From an uncultured beta proteobacterium (GTDB lineage Bacteria > Pseudomonadota > Gammaproteobacteria > Burkholderiales > SG8-39), in assembly GCA_963789885.1 (NCBI GenBank), contig CAWBNB010000017.1, positions 13,939 through 77,938 of the forward strand: 64,000 nucleotides of DNA, read 5' to 3'. Both the position numbers and the translations under genes were made by a program. Position 1 is the first letter of the stretch, and every line of letters starts with the position of its first letter. Under the pieces are notes generated by a model, which ran no database searches, was not told the origin of the DNA, and saw only the letters and a list, made by a program, of their open reading frames with translations. Positions 53,412 through 64,000 of the stretch are shown here, piece after piece.

Positions 53412-54485
53412 ATGACAATAACCCTCCGAGCGGGCGTGACGGTGAGCGCCCTGATCGCGCTTGCGGGCTGTACCACCATGAGCAGCCCCGACCCGCGCGA
53501 CCCGTGGGAAGGCTTGAACCGCGCGACGTTCGAGTTCAACGAAGGCGTCGACCGTGCGTTCTTCAAGCCGGTCGCCGAAGGCTATCGGTTCGTCATGCCC
53601 ACGCCGGCGCGGACCGCGGTCACGAACTTCTTCTCCAACCTGACCGACCCCTGGGTCGCGGTCAACCAGCTCATGCAGGGCAAGGTGCGGCTCGCGGTCG
53701 ACGATTTCGGGCGGTTCGTGTGGAACTCGACGATCGGCCTGCTCGGCCTGATCGACGTCGCGAGCGACATGGGGCTGCCGAAGCACAAGGAAGACTTCGG
53801 CCAGACGCTGGCGGTGTGGGGGGTCGACTTCGGCCCGTACTTCGTGATCCCGATCTTCGGGCCAAGCAGCGTCCGCGACGGCAGCGGGTTAATCGTCGAC
53901 GCGTTCGCTTACCTGCCGTGGCAGATCCCGAAGTGGGCCGATTTCGATCACCGCGTCACCTGGCAGTGGTCGCTCACCGGGCTCGATCTCGTCCAAACGC
54001 GCGCGAACCTGCTCGACGCGAGCAACATCCTCGAGGAGGCGGCGCTCGACCGGTATGCATTCGTGCGCGATGCTTATTTTCAGCGGCGCCGCTACCTGAT
54101 CTACGACGGCGACCCGCCGCCACTTCCGGCCAAACCGGAATCGGGTGCCGCGCCGCCGGCCGCGCCCGCGCAACCGGGTGTCGCTTTGATCGCCGGGCCG
54201 GACACCCAGCCGCCGCTCGCCGGGGGCGCGCAGCCGGATACGGTGCCACTCGCGGGGACGGGGGCGTCGGAAGCGTCGCGGGCTGCCGAGTCCGCGCAGG
54301 TGGACGAGTTGCCGTCCGCGCAACCTGGGCAGGCGGACGCGGAGCCGCCTCGGGAGCCCGCGCGGGAGAGCGAGGCGCCGCTCGCCGCGCCCGTGTCGAT
54401 TGGTCCGCTCGTCGAACCGAAGATCCCCGCCAACTATCCGGCCGTTCTTGCGGCCGACGCGCCGCGCGCCGTCGCCGCGCGGTAA
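53412..54485 (+). CDS. mlaA: outer-membrane lipoprotein MlaA/VacJ with long Pro/Ala-rich C-terminal extension
   Basis: Lipobox LIALAGC. DPWEGLNRATFEFNEGVDRAFFKPVAEGY.., DFGQTLAVWGV. About 125 extra low-complexity residues at the C-terminus. Confidence 0.85.
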   Translation: MTITLRAGVTVSALIALAGCTTMSSPDPRDPWEGLNRATFEFNEGVDRAFFKPVAEGYRFVMPTPARTAVTNFFSNLTDPWVAVNQLMQGKVRLAVDDFGRFVWNSTIGLLGLIDVASDMGLPKHKEDFGQTLAVWGVDFGPYFVIPIFGPSSVRDGSGLIVDAFAYLPWQIPKWADFDHRVTWQWSLTGLDLVQTRANLLDASNILEEAALDRYAFVRDAYFQRRRYLIYDGDPPPLPAKPESGAAPPAAPAQPGVALIAGPDTQPPLAGGAQPDTVPLAGTGASEASRAAESAQVDELPSAQPGQADAEPPREPARESEAPLAAPVSIGPLVEPKIPANYPAVLAADAPRAVAAR

Positions 54486-54504
54486 CCGTCACGATCGGAC
54501 AGAT

Positions 54505-55116
54505 ATGACTCGTGCTTTGTTGCTGGTTTCGCTCGCGCTCATCGCGCCGCCTGTGCTCGCGCAGGACGTGGCGCCCGACATCCTGGTGAAGAACGTCACG
54601 CAGGAAGTCATCGGCATCGTCAAGCAGGACAAGGAGATCCAGGCCGGGAACCACAAGAAGACGGTCGCGCTCGTCGAGGAGAAGGTGCTCCCGCACTTCA
54701 ACTTCAACCGCATGACCGCCCTCGCGATGGGGCAGAACTGGCGCAAGGCCACGCCCGATCAGCAGGGCCTGCTCGTCGAGCAGTTCAAGACGCTGCTCGT
54801 CCGCACCTACTCGACCGCGCTCTCCACCTACCGCAACCAGGCGATCGATTTCAAGCCGCTGCGCGCGCAGGCCGCGGACACCGAGGTCACCGTCCGCTCC
54901 GACGTGAAGCAGCCGGGCGGCGAGCCGGTGTCGATCGACTACAGCTTGGAGAAGACGCCCGGCGGCTGGAAGGTGTACGACGTCATAGTCGGGGGCGTCA
55001 GCCTGGTGACGACCTACCGGGACACCTTCACGAGCGAGGTGCGCGCGAGCGGCATCGACGGGCTGATCAAGGTGCTCTCGGAGAAGAACCGACAGCTCGC
55101 GGCGAAGACGAACTAG
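54505..55116 (+). CDS. mlaC: periplasmic phospholipid-binding protein MlaC
   Basis: ATG 54505. Signal peptide MTRALLLVSLALIAPPVLAQ, then a Tol-organic-solvent-tolerance (MlaC) type body. Confidence 0.85.
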   Translation: MTRALLLVSLALIAPPVLAQDVAPDILVKNVTQEVIGIVKQDKEIQAGNHKKTVALVEEKVLPHFNFNRMTALAMGQNWRKATPDQQGLLVEQFKTLLVRTYSTALSTYRNQAIDFKPLRAQAADTEVTVRSDVKQPGGEPVSIDYSLEKTPGGWKVYDVIVGGVSLVTTYRDTFTSEVRASGIDGLIKVLSEKNRQLAAKTN

Positions 55117-55139
55117 CCGCCCGCCCACCTGCCACTGCC

Positions 55140-55421
55140 GTGCCGCGGCGCGAAGGCAACCGCCTCTTCCTCGACGGCGATCTGACCGTCGACACGGTCG
55201 CCGGCGTGCTCGCCGCTACTTCGCCGCAGGATCGCGCCGCCGCCGAGGTGGTCGATTTCGCCGGTGTCACCGAGGTCGACTCGGCCGCGATCGCGCTCGC
55301 AATCGCGTGGCTCCGCGAGGCGCGCGCGGCCGGACGCACGCTCCGGTTCGAGAATCTGCCGCCCGCGATGGCGAAGCTCGCCCGGCTCTACGCGGTCGCC
55401 GACCTGATTCCCGGCGCCTAG
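55140..55421 (+). CDS. mlaB: STAS-domain protein (MlaB-like)
   Basis: 93 aa, GTG start. ..DFAGVTEVDSAAIALAIAWLREARAAG.. Located at the end of the mla operon. Confidence 0.7.
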   Translation: MPRREGNRLFLDGDLTVDTVAGVLAATSPQDRAAAEVVDFAGVTEVDSAAIALAIAWLREARAAGRTLRFENLPPAMAKLARLYAVADLIPGA

Positions 55422-55446
55422 GCCGACGCCGTCCGGCCGCCACAGC

Positions 55447-56403
55447 ATGGTTGCAGCCATCGAGGTCCGGGGACTCGTCAAGCGCTATGGCGCCCTCCAG
55501 GCGCTCGCCGGTGTCGATCTCGAGATCCCGCGCGGGGAATTCTTCGGCCTGCTCGGGCCAAACGGCGCCGGCAAGACGACGCTGATCAGCGTGCTTGCCG
55601 GGCTGGCGCGGGCGGACGAAGGCGTCGCGCGCGTGCTCGGACACGACGTCGTCGGCGAGTACCGGTCCGCGCGGCGGCTGCTCGGCGTGGTGCCGCAGGA
55701 GCTCGTCTTCGATCCGTTTTTCACCGTGCGCGAGACGCTCGCGATCCAGTCGGGGTACTACGGTTTGCGCACGAACCGCGCCTGGATCGACGAGGTGATG
55801 CATCACCTCGACCTCACGTCCAAGGCGGACGCCAACATGCGGACGCTCTCCGGCGGCATGAAACGCCGGGTGCTGATCGCGCAGGCTCTCGTGCACCGCC
55901 CCCCGGTGATCGTCCTCGACGAGCCGACCGCCGGCGTCGACGTCGAGTTGCGCCAGGGCCTCTGGGAGTTCGTTCGTCGCCTCAACCGCGACGGTCACAC
56001 CGTCGTGCTCACCACGCATTACATCGAGGAGGCGGAGATGCTCTGCGACCGCATCGCGATGCTGAAGGCGGGACGGATCGTTGCGCTCGACGCGACGTCG
56101 GGCCTCATCCGGCGCTTCCACGCGCTCTACCTGCGCGTGCGGCTCGACGGCCCGGTCCCGCCGCGGCTCACCGAGCGCGCGGTCGAGAGCGAACCGGGGC
56201 GGCACACCTTCAAGCTCGGCGAATACGCCGAGGTCGAGACGGTGCTCGCGGAGCTGCGCGCTGCGGGCGCGCGCATCCTCGAAATGGAGCTCGTGCAACC
56301 CGACCTGGAGGAGGTGTTCGTGCAGATCATGCGCGGCGCCGAACCGCCGGATGCAGAACGCCGAGCGCGCGCGCCGCATGCAGCACCCCGAACGCACCAT
56401 TGA
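55447..56403 (+). CDS. ABC-2-type exporter ATP-binding protein
   Basis: 318 aa. [34 protein letters not shown]. Confidence 0.85.
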   Translation: MVAAIEVRGLVKRYGALQALAGVDLEIPRGEFFGLLGPNGAGKTTLISVLAGLARADEGVARVLGHDVVGEYRSARRLLGVVPQELVFDPFFTVRETLAIQSGYYGLRTNRAWIDEVMHHLDLTSKADANMRTLSGGMKRRVLIAQALVHRPPVIVLDEPTAGVDVELRQGLWEFVRRLNRDGHTVVLTTHYIEEAEMLCDRIAMLKAGRIVALDATSGLIRRFHALYLRVRLDGPVPPRLTERAVESEPGRHTFKLGEYAEVETVLAELRAAGARILEMELVQPDLEEVFVQIMRGAEPPDAERRARAPHAAPRTHH

Positions 56404-57190
56404 AGCCGTCGCGCAGTCGCCGGCCGTGTCCGCCTGGACCGGCTTCGCGACGCTCCTCTACAAGGAGCTCCTGCGCTTCTGGAAGGTGAGCTTCCAGACG
56501 GTCGCGGCGCCGGTGCTGACGGCGCTCCTCTATCTCCTCATCTTCGGGCACGTGCTCGAGGGGCGCGTTCAGGTGTACGAGCGGATCTCCTACACCGCGT
56601 TCCTCGTCCCGGGGCTGGTCATGATGTCGATGCTGCAGAACGCGTTCGCCAACAGCTCGTCGAGCCTGATCCAGTCGAAGGTCACCGGCAACATCGTGTT
56701 CGTGCTGCTGTCGCCGCTGTCGCACGTCGAGTTCTTCACCGCCTACGTGGTCGCGTCGATGGTCCGCGGCCTCGCGGTCGGCGCGGGCGTCCTGCTCGTG
56801 ACGCTGCCCTTCGCAGCCGTCCCGCTCGAGCATCCGTTCTGGGCGGCGGGATTCGCGCTCGCCGGCTGCGCGATCCTCGCCACGATGGGCCTCGCCGCCG
56901 GCATCTGGGCCGAGAAGTTCGACCAGCTCGCGGGGTTCCAGAGCTTCGTCATCATGCCGCTCACGTTCCTCGCCGGCGTGTTCTACTCGATCCATTCCCT
57001 GCCGGCGTTCTGGGAGCGGGTGTCGCGGCTCAACCCGTTCTTCTACATGATCGACGGCTTCCGGTACGGCTTCTTCGGCGTGTCGGACGTCGATCCCCTC
57101 GCGAGCCTCGCGATCGTGGGGGTGTTCCTGGCGGGCCTCGCGGCGATTACACTCGCAGCACTCAAGGCGGGCTATCGCCTGCGCCACTAG
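56351..57190 (+). CDS. ABC-2-type exporter permease (YadH-like)
   Basis: Start is ATG 56351 or 56378, overlapping the ATPase gene end. ..LLYKELLRFWKVSFQTVAAPVLTALLYLLIFG.., 6 TM. Confidence 0.8.
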   Translation: MQNAERARRMQHPERTIEAVAQSPAVSAWTGFATLLYKELLRFWKVSFQTVAAPVLTALLYLLIFGHVLEGRVQVYERISYTAFLVPGLVMMSMLQNAFANSSSSLIQSKVTGNIVFVLLSPLSHVEFFTAYVVASMVRGLAVGAGVLLVTLPFAAVPLEHPFWAAGFALAGCAILATMGLAAGIWAEKFDQLAGFQSFVIMPLTFLAGVFYSIHSLPAFWERVSRLNPFFYMIDGFRYGFFGVSDVDPLASLAIVGVFLAGLAAITLAALKAGYRLRH

Positions 57191-57245
57191 CCGACTGGGA
57201 AGAAACACGGTGCCGAGAGGTAGCGTCTTTCCTGATTTTGGGGTG

Positions 57246-57269
57246 CCCGAGGGGCTGTGGCCCCTCGGG
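57246..57269. other. perfect GC-rich inverted repeat (10-bp arms, 4-nt loop)
   Basis: CCCGAGGGGC-TGTG-GCCCCTCGGG between the ABC-2 permease and the bolA-family gene. No U-tract on either strand. Confidence 0.6.
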
Positions 57270-57294
57270 TCGTAGCAACTAGAAGGCACCCGAC

Positions 57295-58861
<1,567 letters not shown>

Positions 58862-58938
58862 GGGACTCGGGCGGAAACCGGGGAGTGCGGCCGGTTTTCC
58901 TTTAGAATCGGGGCTTTGCAGAACAAGTCCCGCGCCCC

Positions 58939-59590
58939 GTGTCCGGCATCACGCTCGCGCTGTCCAAGGGCCGGATCCTCGACGAAACGCTCCCGCTGCT
59001 CGACGCCGCGGGCATTGCGCCGGCCGAGGATCCGGAAACCTCGCGCAAGCTCATCGTCCCCACGCGCCGCGCCGACGTGCGGCTCGTGCTCGTGCGCGCG
59101 TCCGACACGCCGACCTACGTGCAGTACGGCGCCGCCGACCTCGGCATCGCGGGCAAGGACGTCCTCTACGAGCACGGCGGCGCCGGGCTCTACCAGCCGC
59201 TCGACCTCAGGATTGCCGCGTGCCGGATGGTGGTCGCCGTGCCGCGACGGCTTCGACTACGCGCACGCGGTGCGGCAAGGCGCGCGGTTGCGCGTCGCCA
59301 CCAAGTATCTGCGGGTCGCCCGCGAGCACTTCGCCGCGAAGGGTGTGCACGTCGACCTCATCCGGCTGTACGGCTCGATGGAACTCGCGCCGCTCACCGG
59401 GCTCGCCGACGCGATCGTCGACCTGGTCGCCACCGGCAACACGCTGCGCGCCAACGCGCTGCACGCGGTCGAGGACATCATGCCCATCTCGAGCCGCCTG
59501 ATCGTGAACCAGGCGGCGCTCAAGCTGAAGCGCGAGCGGCTGCAGCCGCTGATCGATGCGTTCGAGACCGCGGTCGCCGCCCATGCCTGA
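58939..59590 (+). pseudogene. hisG: ATP phosphoribosyltransferase (short form) with an apparent 1-nt insertion near 59245-59248
   Basis: The GTG 58939 frame reads [28 protein letters not shown], then becomes Arg-rich nonsense. The frame of ORF 58916..59590 continues [49 protein letters not shown].. to the stop at 59590. Confidence 0.85.
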
Positions 59591-60890
59591 GATCGCACGA
59601 CTCTCCACGCGCGAGCCCGACTTCGACGCCCGTCTCGCCGCGCTCACCCGTCTCGAGGCGTCTCAGGACGAGGCGGTCGATCGCGCGGTCGCCGCGATCG
59701 TCGACGACGTTCGCGCGCGCGGCGATGCGGCGGTGCTCGAATACACGCGGCGGTTCGACCGCGTGGCGGCGTCGAGCGCCGCCGATCTCGAGATCCCGAG
59801 GCCCGACCGCGAGCGCGCGCTCGCGGGGCTCGATCGCGCGGTGCGCGATGCGCTCGCGGCAGCGGCCGCGCGCATCCGCGGCTACCACGAGCGCCAGCGG
59901 GCGGAGTCGTGGAGCTATACCGAGGCCGACGGGACGGTGCTCGGGCAGCGCGTGACGCCGCTCGACCGCGTCGGGCTCTACGTCCCGGGCGGCAAGGCGG
60001 CCTATCCCTCGTCGGTGCTGATGAATGCGCTGCCGGCGAAGGTCGCCGGCGTCGGCGAGCTCGTCATGTGCGTGCCGACGCCGGACGGCGAGCGCAACCC
60101 GCTCGTACTTGCGGCCGCGCAGCTCGCCGGGGTCGACCGCGTGTTCGCGATCGGCGGCGCGCAGGCGGTCGCCGCGCTCGCGTACGGCACCGCGACCGTT
60201 CCCGCCGTCGACAAGATCGTCGGCCCGGGCAACGCCTACGTCGCCGCGGCGAAGCGCCGCGTCTTTGGCACGGTCGGGATCGACATGGTGGCCGGGCCGT
60301 CCGAGATCCTGGTGATCTGCGACGGTTCGACCGATCCCGACTGGATCGCGATGGACCTCTTTTCGCAGGCGGAGCACGACGAGGTGGCGCAGGCGATCCT
60401 GCTCGCACCCGATGCGGGGTTCATCGACCGGGTCGCCGCGAGCATCGATCGCCAGCTCGCCACGATGCCGCGCCGCGACGTCATCCGGGCGGCGCTCGCG
60501 AACCGCGGGGCGCTGATTCTCGTGCGCGACCTCGCGGAGGCGTGCGAGATCGCCAATCGCGTCGCGCCGGAGCACCTCGAGCTCTCGGTCGCGCAGCCCG
60601 AGAACTGGCTCGACCGGATTCGCCACGCGGGCGCGATCTTCGTCGGCCGGTACAGCTCGGAGGCGCTCGGCGACTACTGCGCGGGACCAAACCACGTGCT
60701 GCCGACGTCGCGGACCGCGCGCTTCTCGTCGCCGCTCGGCGTCTACGATTTCCAGAAGCGGTCGAGCATCATCAACGTTTCGCGCGCCGGGGCGCGCTCG
60801 CTCGCACCGCTCGCGGCCGCGCTCGCGCACGGCGAGGGGCTGCCGGCGCACGCGCGCTCCGCCGAGCTCCGCCTGGAGACCGAATCGTGA
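59583..60890 (+). CDS. hisD: histidinol dehydrogenase
   Basis: ATG 59583 overlaps the hisG end. ..[24 protein letters not shown].., [18 protein letters not shown]. Confidence 0.95.
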   Translation: MPEIARLSTREPDFDARLAALTRLEASQDEAVDRAVAAIVDDVRARGDAAVLEYTRRFDRVAASSAADLEIPRPDRERALAGLDRAVRDALAAAAARIRGYHERQRAESWSYTEADGTVLGQRVTPLDRVGLYVPGGKAAYPSSVLMNALPAKVAGVGELVMCVPTPDGERNPLVLAAAQLAGVDRVFAIGGAQAVAALAYGTATVPAVDKIVGPGNAYVAAAKRRVFGTVGIDMVAGPSEILVICDGSTDPDWIAMDLFSQAEHDEVAQAILLAPDAGFIDRVAASIDRQLATMPRRDVIRAALANRGALILVRDLAEACEIANRVAPEHLELSVAQPENWLDRIRHAGAIFVGRYSSEALGDYCAGPNHVLPTSRTARFSSPLGVYDFQKRSSIINVSRAGARSLAPLAAALAHGEGLPAHARSAELRLETES

Positions 60891-61969
60891 AGCGCGACCC
60901 GGTGAAGCTCGGGCCCGGCGACCTCGTGCGCGACGAGATCCTGTCGCTGAAGGCGTATCACGTCGCGCCCGCGACCGGAATGATCAAGCTCGATGCGATG
61001 GAGAACCCGTACCGGCTGCCCGAGCCGCTGCGCGAAGAGCTCGGCCGCCTCGTGTCGACGCTGCCGATCAACCGCTACCCCGATCCGGCCGCGCCGGCGC
61101 TGGCGGCGCGGCTCCGCTCGACCTTCGGCATCGGCGACGAGCACGGGCTCCTGATCGGCAACGGCTCGGACGAGATCATCTCGATCGTCGCCCACACGCT
61201 CGCGCGTCCGGGCGCGGTGCTGCTTGCCCCCGAGCCGTCGTTCGCGATGTACCGCATGAACGCCGTCATCTCACGCATGCGCTATGTCGGCGTAGCGCTC
61301 AACCCCGACTTCACGCTCGATCAGGCGCGGTTCCTGGCGGCCATCGAGGAGCATCGACCGGCGGTCGTTTTCCTTGCCTACCCCAACAACCCGACCGGGA
61401 ACCTGTTTCCGGAAGCGGCGGTGGAGGCGATCCTCGCGGCCGCGCCGGGCCTCGTCGTGCTCGATGAGGCGTATCACGTCTTCGCCGGGCGGACGTTCAT
61501 GACCCGTCTCGGCGAGTTCCCGAACCTGATGGTGATGCGCACGGTGTCGAAGCTCGGGCTCGCCGGCGTGCGTCTCGGATACGCCGCGGCACGCCCCGAA
61601 TGGATCCGGGAGCTCGACAAGGTCCGGCCGCCCTACAACGTCAGCGTGCTCGCGCAACACGTCGCCGAGCGGCTGCTCGCGCACATCGACGTGTTGCACG
61701 GCCAGGCCGAGCGCATCAAGGTCGAACGCGCGGCGATGTTCGACCGCCTCGCCGACCTGAAGGGCGTCGAGGCGTTCCCGAGCGACGCCAACTTCATCCT
61801 GGTCCGCGTGCGGGATGCTGCGGCCATCGACGCGCGTCTCAAGGCGCGCAACATCCTGGTGCGGAACTTCCACGGCAGCCATCCGCTGCTCGCCAACTGC
61901 CTGCGACTCACCGTTGGCACGCCCGGCGAGAACGAGCTGCTGCTAGCCGCCCTCGCGGAGAGCGTATGA
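60887..61969 (+). CDS. hisC: histidinol-phosphate aminotransferase
   Basis: GTG 60887 overlaps the hisD stop (GTGA). ..KLDAMENPY.., NRYPDP, PLP-Lys region [15 protein letters not shown]. Confidence 0.9.
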   Translation: MKRDPVKLGPGDLVRDEILSLKAYHVAPATGMIKLDAMENPYRLPEPLREELGRLVSTLPINRYPDPAAPALAARLRSTFGIGDEHGLLIGNGSDEIISIVAHTLARPGAVLLAPEPSFAMYRMNAVISRMRYVGVALNPDFTLDQARFLAAIEEHRPAVVFLAYPNNPTGNLFPEAAVEAILAAAPGLVVLDEAYHVFAGRTFMTRLGEFPNLMVMRTVSKLGLAGVRLGYAAARPEWIRELDKVRPPYNVSVLAQHVAERLLAHIDVLHGQAERIKVERAAMFDRLADLKGVEAFPSDANFILVRVRDAAAIDARLKARNILVRNFHGSHPLLANCLRLTVGTPGENELLLAALAESV

Positions 61970-62553
61970 GAAACGCCGCGGTCACCCGCAAGACGGCCGA
62001 AACCGAGATCCGGGTTTCGGTCAACCTCGACGGCACCGGGAAGGCGAAGCTCGCCACCGGCGTACCGTTCCTCGACCACATGCTCGACCAGGTCGCGCGC
62101 CACGGCCTGATCGACCTCGACATCGAAGCGAAGGGTGACCTGCACATCGACGCCCACCACACCGTCGAGGACATAGGGATTACCCTCGGTCAGGCGGTGG
62201 CAAAAGCGATCGGCGACAAGAAGGGCATCCGCCGGTTCGGTCATGCCTACGTCCCGCTCGACGAGGCGCTCGCGCGCGTGGTGATCGATTTCTCGGGGCG
62301 GCCGGGCCTCGAGTTCCACGTCGCGTTCGTGCGCGCGCGCATCGGCGAGTTCGACGTCGACCTGGTGCACGAGTTTTTCCAGGGCTTCGTGAACCACGCC
62401 CAGGTGACCCTGCACGTCGACAACCTGCGCGGGTCGAACGCGCATCACCAGGCCGAGACGGCTTTCAAGGCGTTCGCGCGCGCGCTCCGGATGGCGGTCG
62501 AGCCCGACCCCCGGACGGGGGGGGCCGTGCCTTCGACCAAGGGCACGCTCTAG
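61966..62553 (+). CDS. hisB: imidazoleglycerol-phosphate dehydratase
   Basis: ATG 61966 overlaps the hisC stop (ATGA). [18 protein letters not shown].., [31 protein letters not shown]. Confidence 0.95.
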   Translation: MRNAAVTRKTAETEIRVSVNLDGTGKAKLATGVPFLDHMLDQVARHGLIDLDIEAKGDLHIDAHHTVEDIGITLGQAVAKAIGDKKGIRRFGHAYVPLDEALARVVIDFSGRPGLEFHVAFVRARIGEFDVDLVHEFFQGFVNHAQVTLHVDNLRGSNAHHQAETAFKAFARALRMAVEPDPRTGGAVPSTKGTL

Positions 62554-62594
62554 GCGGCTCGCGCTTCCACGGCGTCTTCGCAGTCCCCGCCCGC

Positions 62595-63233
62595 ATGATG
62601 CACATCGCAGTGGTCGACTACGGCATGGGCAACCTGCGCTCGGTCTCGAAGGCGATCGAGCACGTGGCGGCCGGCCGGCCGGTGCTGGTCACCTCCGACG
62701 CGGCGGACATCGACGAAGCGGAGCGGGTCGTCTTCCCCGGGCAGGGGGCGATGCCGGATTGCATGCGCGAGCTCGAGCGGGCGGGGCTGCGCGAGGCGGT
62801 CGTCCGCGCCGCAGCCGCGAAGCCCCTGCTCGGCATCTGCATCGGCGCGCAGATGCTGTTCGACTGGAGCGCCGAGGGCGACACCCCCGGGCTCGGCACC
62901 TTCCGGGGGCGGGTGGTCCGGTTCCCGCCCGACCGCCTGCACGACGCGCCGGGCGGACCGCTCAAGGTCCCGCACATGGGCTGGAACCGGGTGCACCAGA
63001 CCGTGGCGCACGCGCTGTGGCGCGGCATCGGCGCCGGCGAGCGCTTTTACTTCTGCCACAGCTACTTCTTCGTCCCTGAGGAAAACGACCTCGAAAGCGC
63101 GCGCGCGGAGTACGGGCTCCCCTTTACCTGCGCGGTGGCGCGGGATAACATTTTCGCGGTACAGTTCCATCCCGAGAAAAGCCACTCGGCCGGATTGCAG
63201 CTGCTCGCCAACTTCGTCGCCTGGAAGCCCTAA
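62595..63233 (+). CDS. hisH: imidazole glycerol phosphate synthase glutaminase subunit
   Basis: 212 aa. [27 protein letters not shown]. Confidence 0.95.
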   Translation: MMHIAVVDYGMGNLRSVSKAIEHVAAGRPVLVTSDAADIDEAERVVFPGQGAMPDCMRELERAGLREAVVRAAAAKPLLGICIGAQMLFDWSAEGDTPGLGTFRGRVVRFPPDRLHDAPGGPLKVPHMGWNRVHQTVAHALWRGIGAGERFYFCHSYFFVPEENDLESARAEYGLPFTCAVARDNIFAVQFHPEKSHSAGLQLLANFVAWKP

Positions 63234-63307
63234 GCCGCTCGATCCTCCGCGGCGCGCAAGCGCCGTCCCCAGCACTGCCAACCCCGCTTCCCGCCACCGC
63301 ACCCGCG

Positions 63308-64000
63308 ATGGTCATCATCCCGGCGATCGATCTGAAGGACGGCCGCTGCGTCCGCCTGAAGCAGGGCGACATGGCCCAGGCCACGGTCTACTCCGACGAC
63401 CCGGTCGCGATGGCGAAGCACTGGCTCGCGCAGGGCGCGCGCCGGCTGCACATCGTCGACCTGAACGGCGCGGCCGCCGGGCGTCCGAGGAACGAGGGCG
63501 TGATCCGCGACATCCTCAAGGCGGTGGGCGACGACCTCCCGATCCAGCTCGGCGGCGGCATCCGCGACCTCGACACGATCGAGAAGTACCTCGACTACGG
63601 CGTGAGCTACATCATCGTGGGCACGGCGGCGGTGAAGAATCCCGGCTTCCTGTCCGACGCGTGCACCGCGTTCGCCGGCCACATCATCGTCGGCCTCGAC
63701 GCGAAGGACGGCAAGGTCGCGGTCGAGGGCTGGTCGAAGCTCACCGGCCACGACGTGATCGACCTCGCGAAGAAGTTCGAGGATTACGGCGTCGAGGCGG
63801 TGATCTACACCGACATCGGCCGCGACGGCATGCTGACGGGCGTGAACGTGGATGCGACGATCCGCCTCGCGCGCGAGTTGCGGACGCCGGTGATCGCGAG
63901 CGGCGGCCTGACCGGGCTGGACGACGTGAAGGCCCTGTGCGCACTCGAGCCGGAAGGCGTGATGGGCGTGATCACCGGCCGGGCGCTGTATCAGGGGACG
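63308..64000 (+). CDS. hisA: ProFAR isomerase HisA (3' end beyond window)
   Basis: ATG 63308. [22 protein letters not shown].., GGGIRD, ASGGL... The frame stays open to the last base of the window. Confidence 0.9.
   Translation, partial: MVIIPAIDLKDGRCVRLKQGDMAQATVYSDDPVAMAKHWLAQGARRLHIVDLNGAAAGRPRNEGVIRDILKAVGDDLPIQLGGGIRDLDTIEKYLDYGVSYIIVGTAAVKNPGFLSDACTAFAGHIIVGLDAKDGKVAVEGWSKLTGHDVIDLAKKFEDYGVEAVIYTDIGRDGMLTGVNVDATIRLARELRTPVIASGGLTGLDDVKALCALEPEGVMGVITGRALYQGT

Noticed and set aside
57246-57269. The 10-bp hairpin after the ABC-2 permease gene as a Rho-independent terminator.
   Set aside because: The stem is perfect but there is no U-tract on either strand. It is reported only as an inverted repeat.

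Overview
This is a very GC-rich proteobacterial chromosome segment. The gene order looks betaproteobacterial (Burkholderiales/Rhodocyclales-like): rpoN-hpf-ptsN-hprK-rapZ, lptCAB-kdsCD, mlaFEDACB-ABC2-ibaG-murA-hisGDCBHA, plus Bug/TctC-type binding proteins. I saw no rRNA, tRNA, CRISPR array, transposase or integrase.

The window has four blocks:
(1) 1-12.2 kb: an acyl-CoA-type catabolic island built from duplicated modules. It holds 2x DUF35 + thiolase-like pairs, an MDR dehydrogenase, 2x SMP-30 lactonases, an MmgE/PrpD protein, an acyl-CoA ligase, 2x Bug binding proteins and a TylF-like methyltransferase.
(2) 12.3-28.2 kb: housekeeping genes. These are a 5'-nucleotidase, asmA-like, mutY, a LON-N-domain gene, ubiX, rapZ, psiF-like, hprK, ptsN, hpf, rpoN, lptBAC, kdsCD and a CPA2 antiporter.
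(3) 28.2-51.1 kb: the accessory and most interesting part, an MSHA-like type IV pilus locus. It carries an ExeA/MshM-like ATPase fused to a SPOR-like domain, a lipoprotein secretin, a TM-TPR protein, a GspE/MshE-like ATPase with tandem MshEN-type motifs, a GspF-like platform protein, a PilM-PilN fusion, a PilO-like protein and a PilX_N-like large protein. It also has a minor pilin and three pilin paralogs, two of them a near-identical tandem duplicate behind a textbook sigma-54 promoter. Signalling and transport genes are interleaved with the pilus genes: an ABC ATPase overlapping a sigma-54 enhancer-binding response regulator, a multi-TM PrsK-like histidine kinase, a membrane class III adenylate cyclase, and an ABC-2-like permease with an unknown anchored protein.
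(4) 51.2-64 kb: the mla operon, an ABC-2 exporter, ibaG, murA and the his operon. hisA runs off the right edge.

A recurring oddity is reading-frame disruption. The secretin gene is broken at about 5-6 places, and the PilX_N-like gene, the LON-N gene, the psiF-like leader and even hisG each carry lesions. Some of these are probably sequence errors, so the secretin decay needs read-level confirmation.

All family calls come from motif and architecture recognition by eye. No searches were run.
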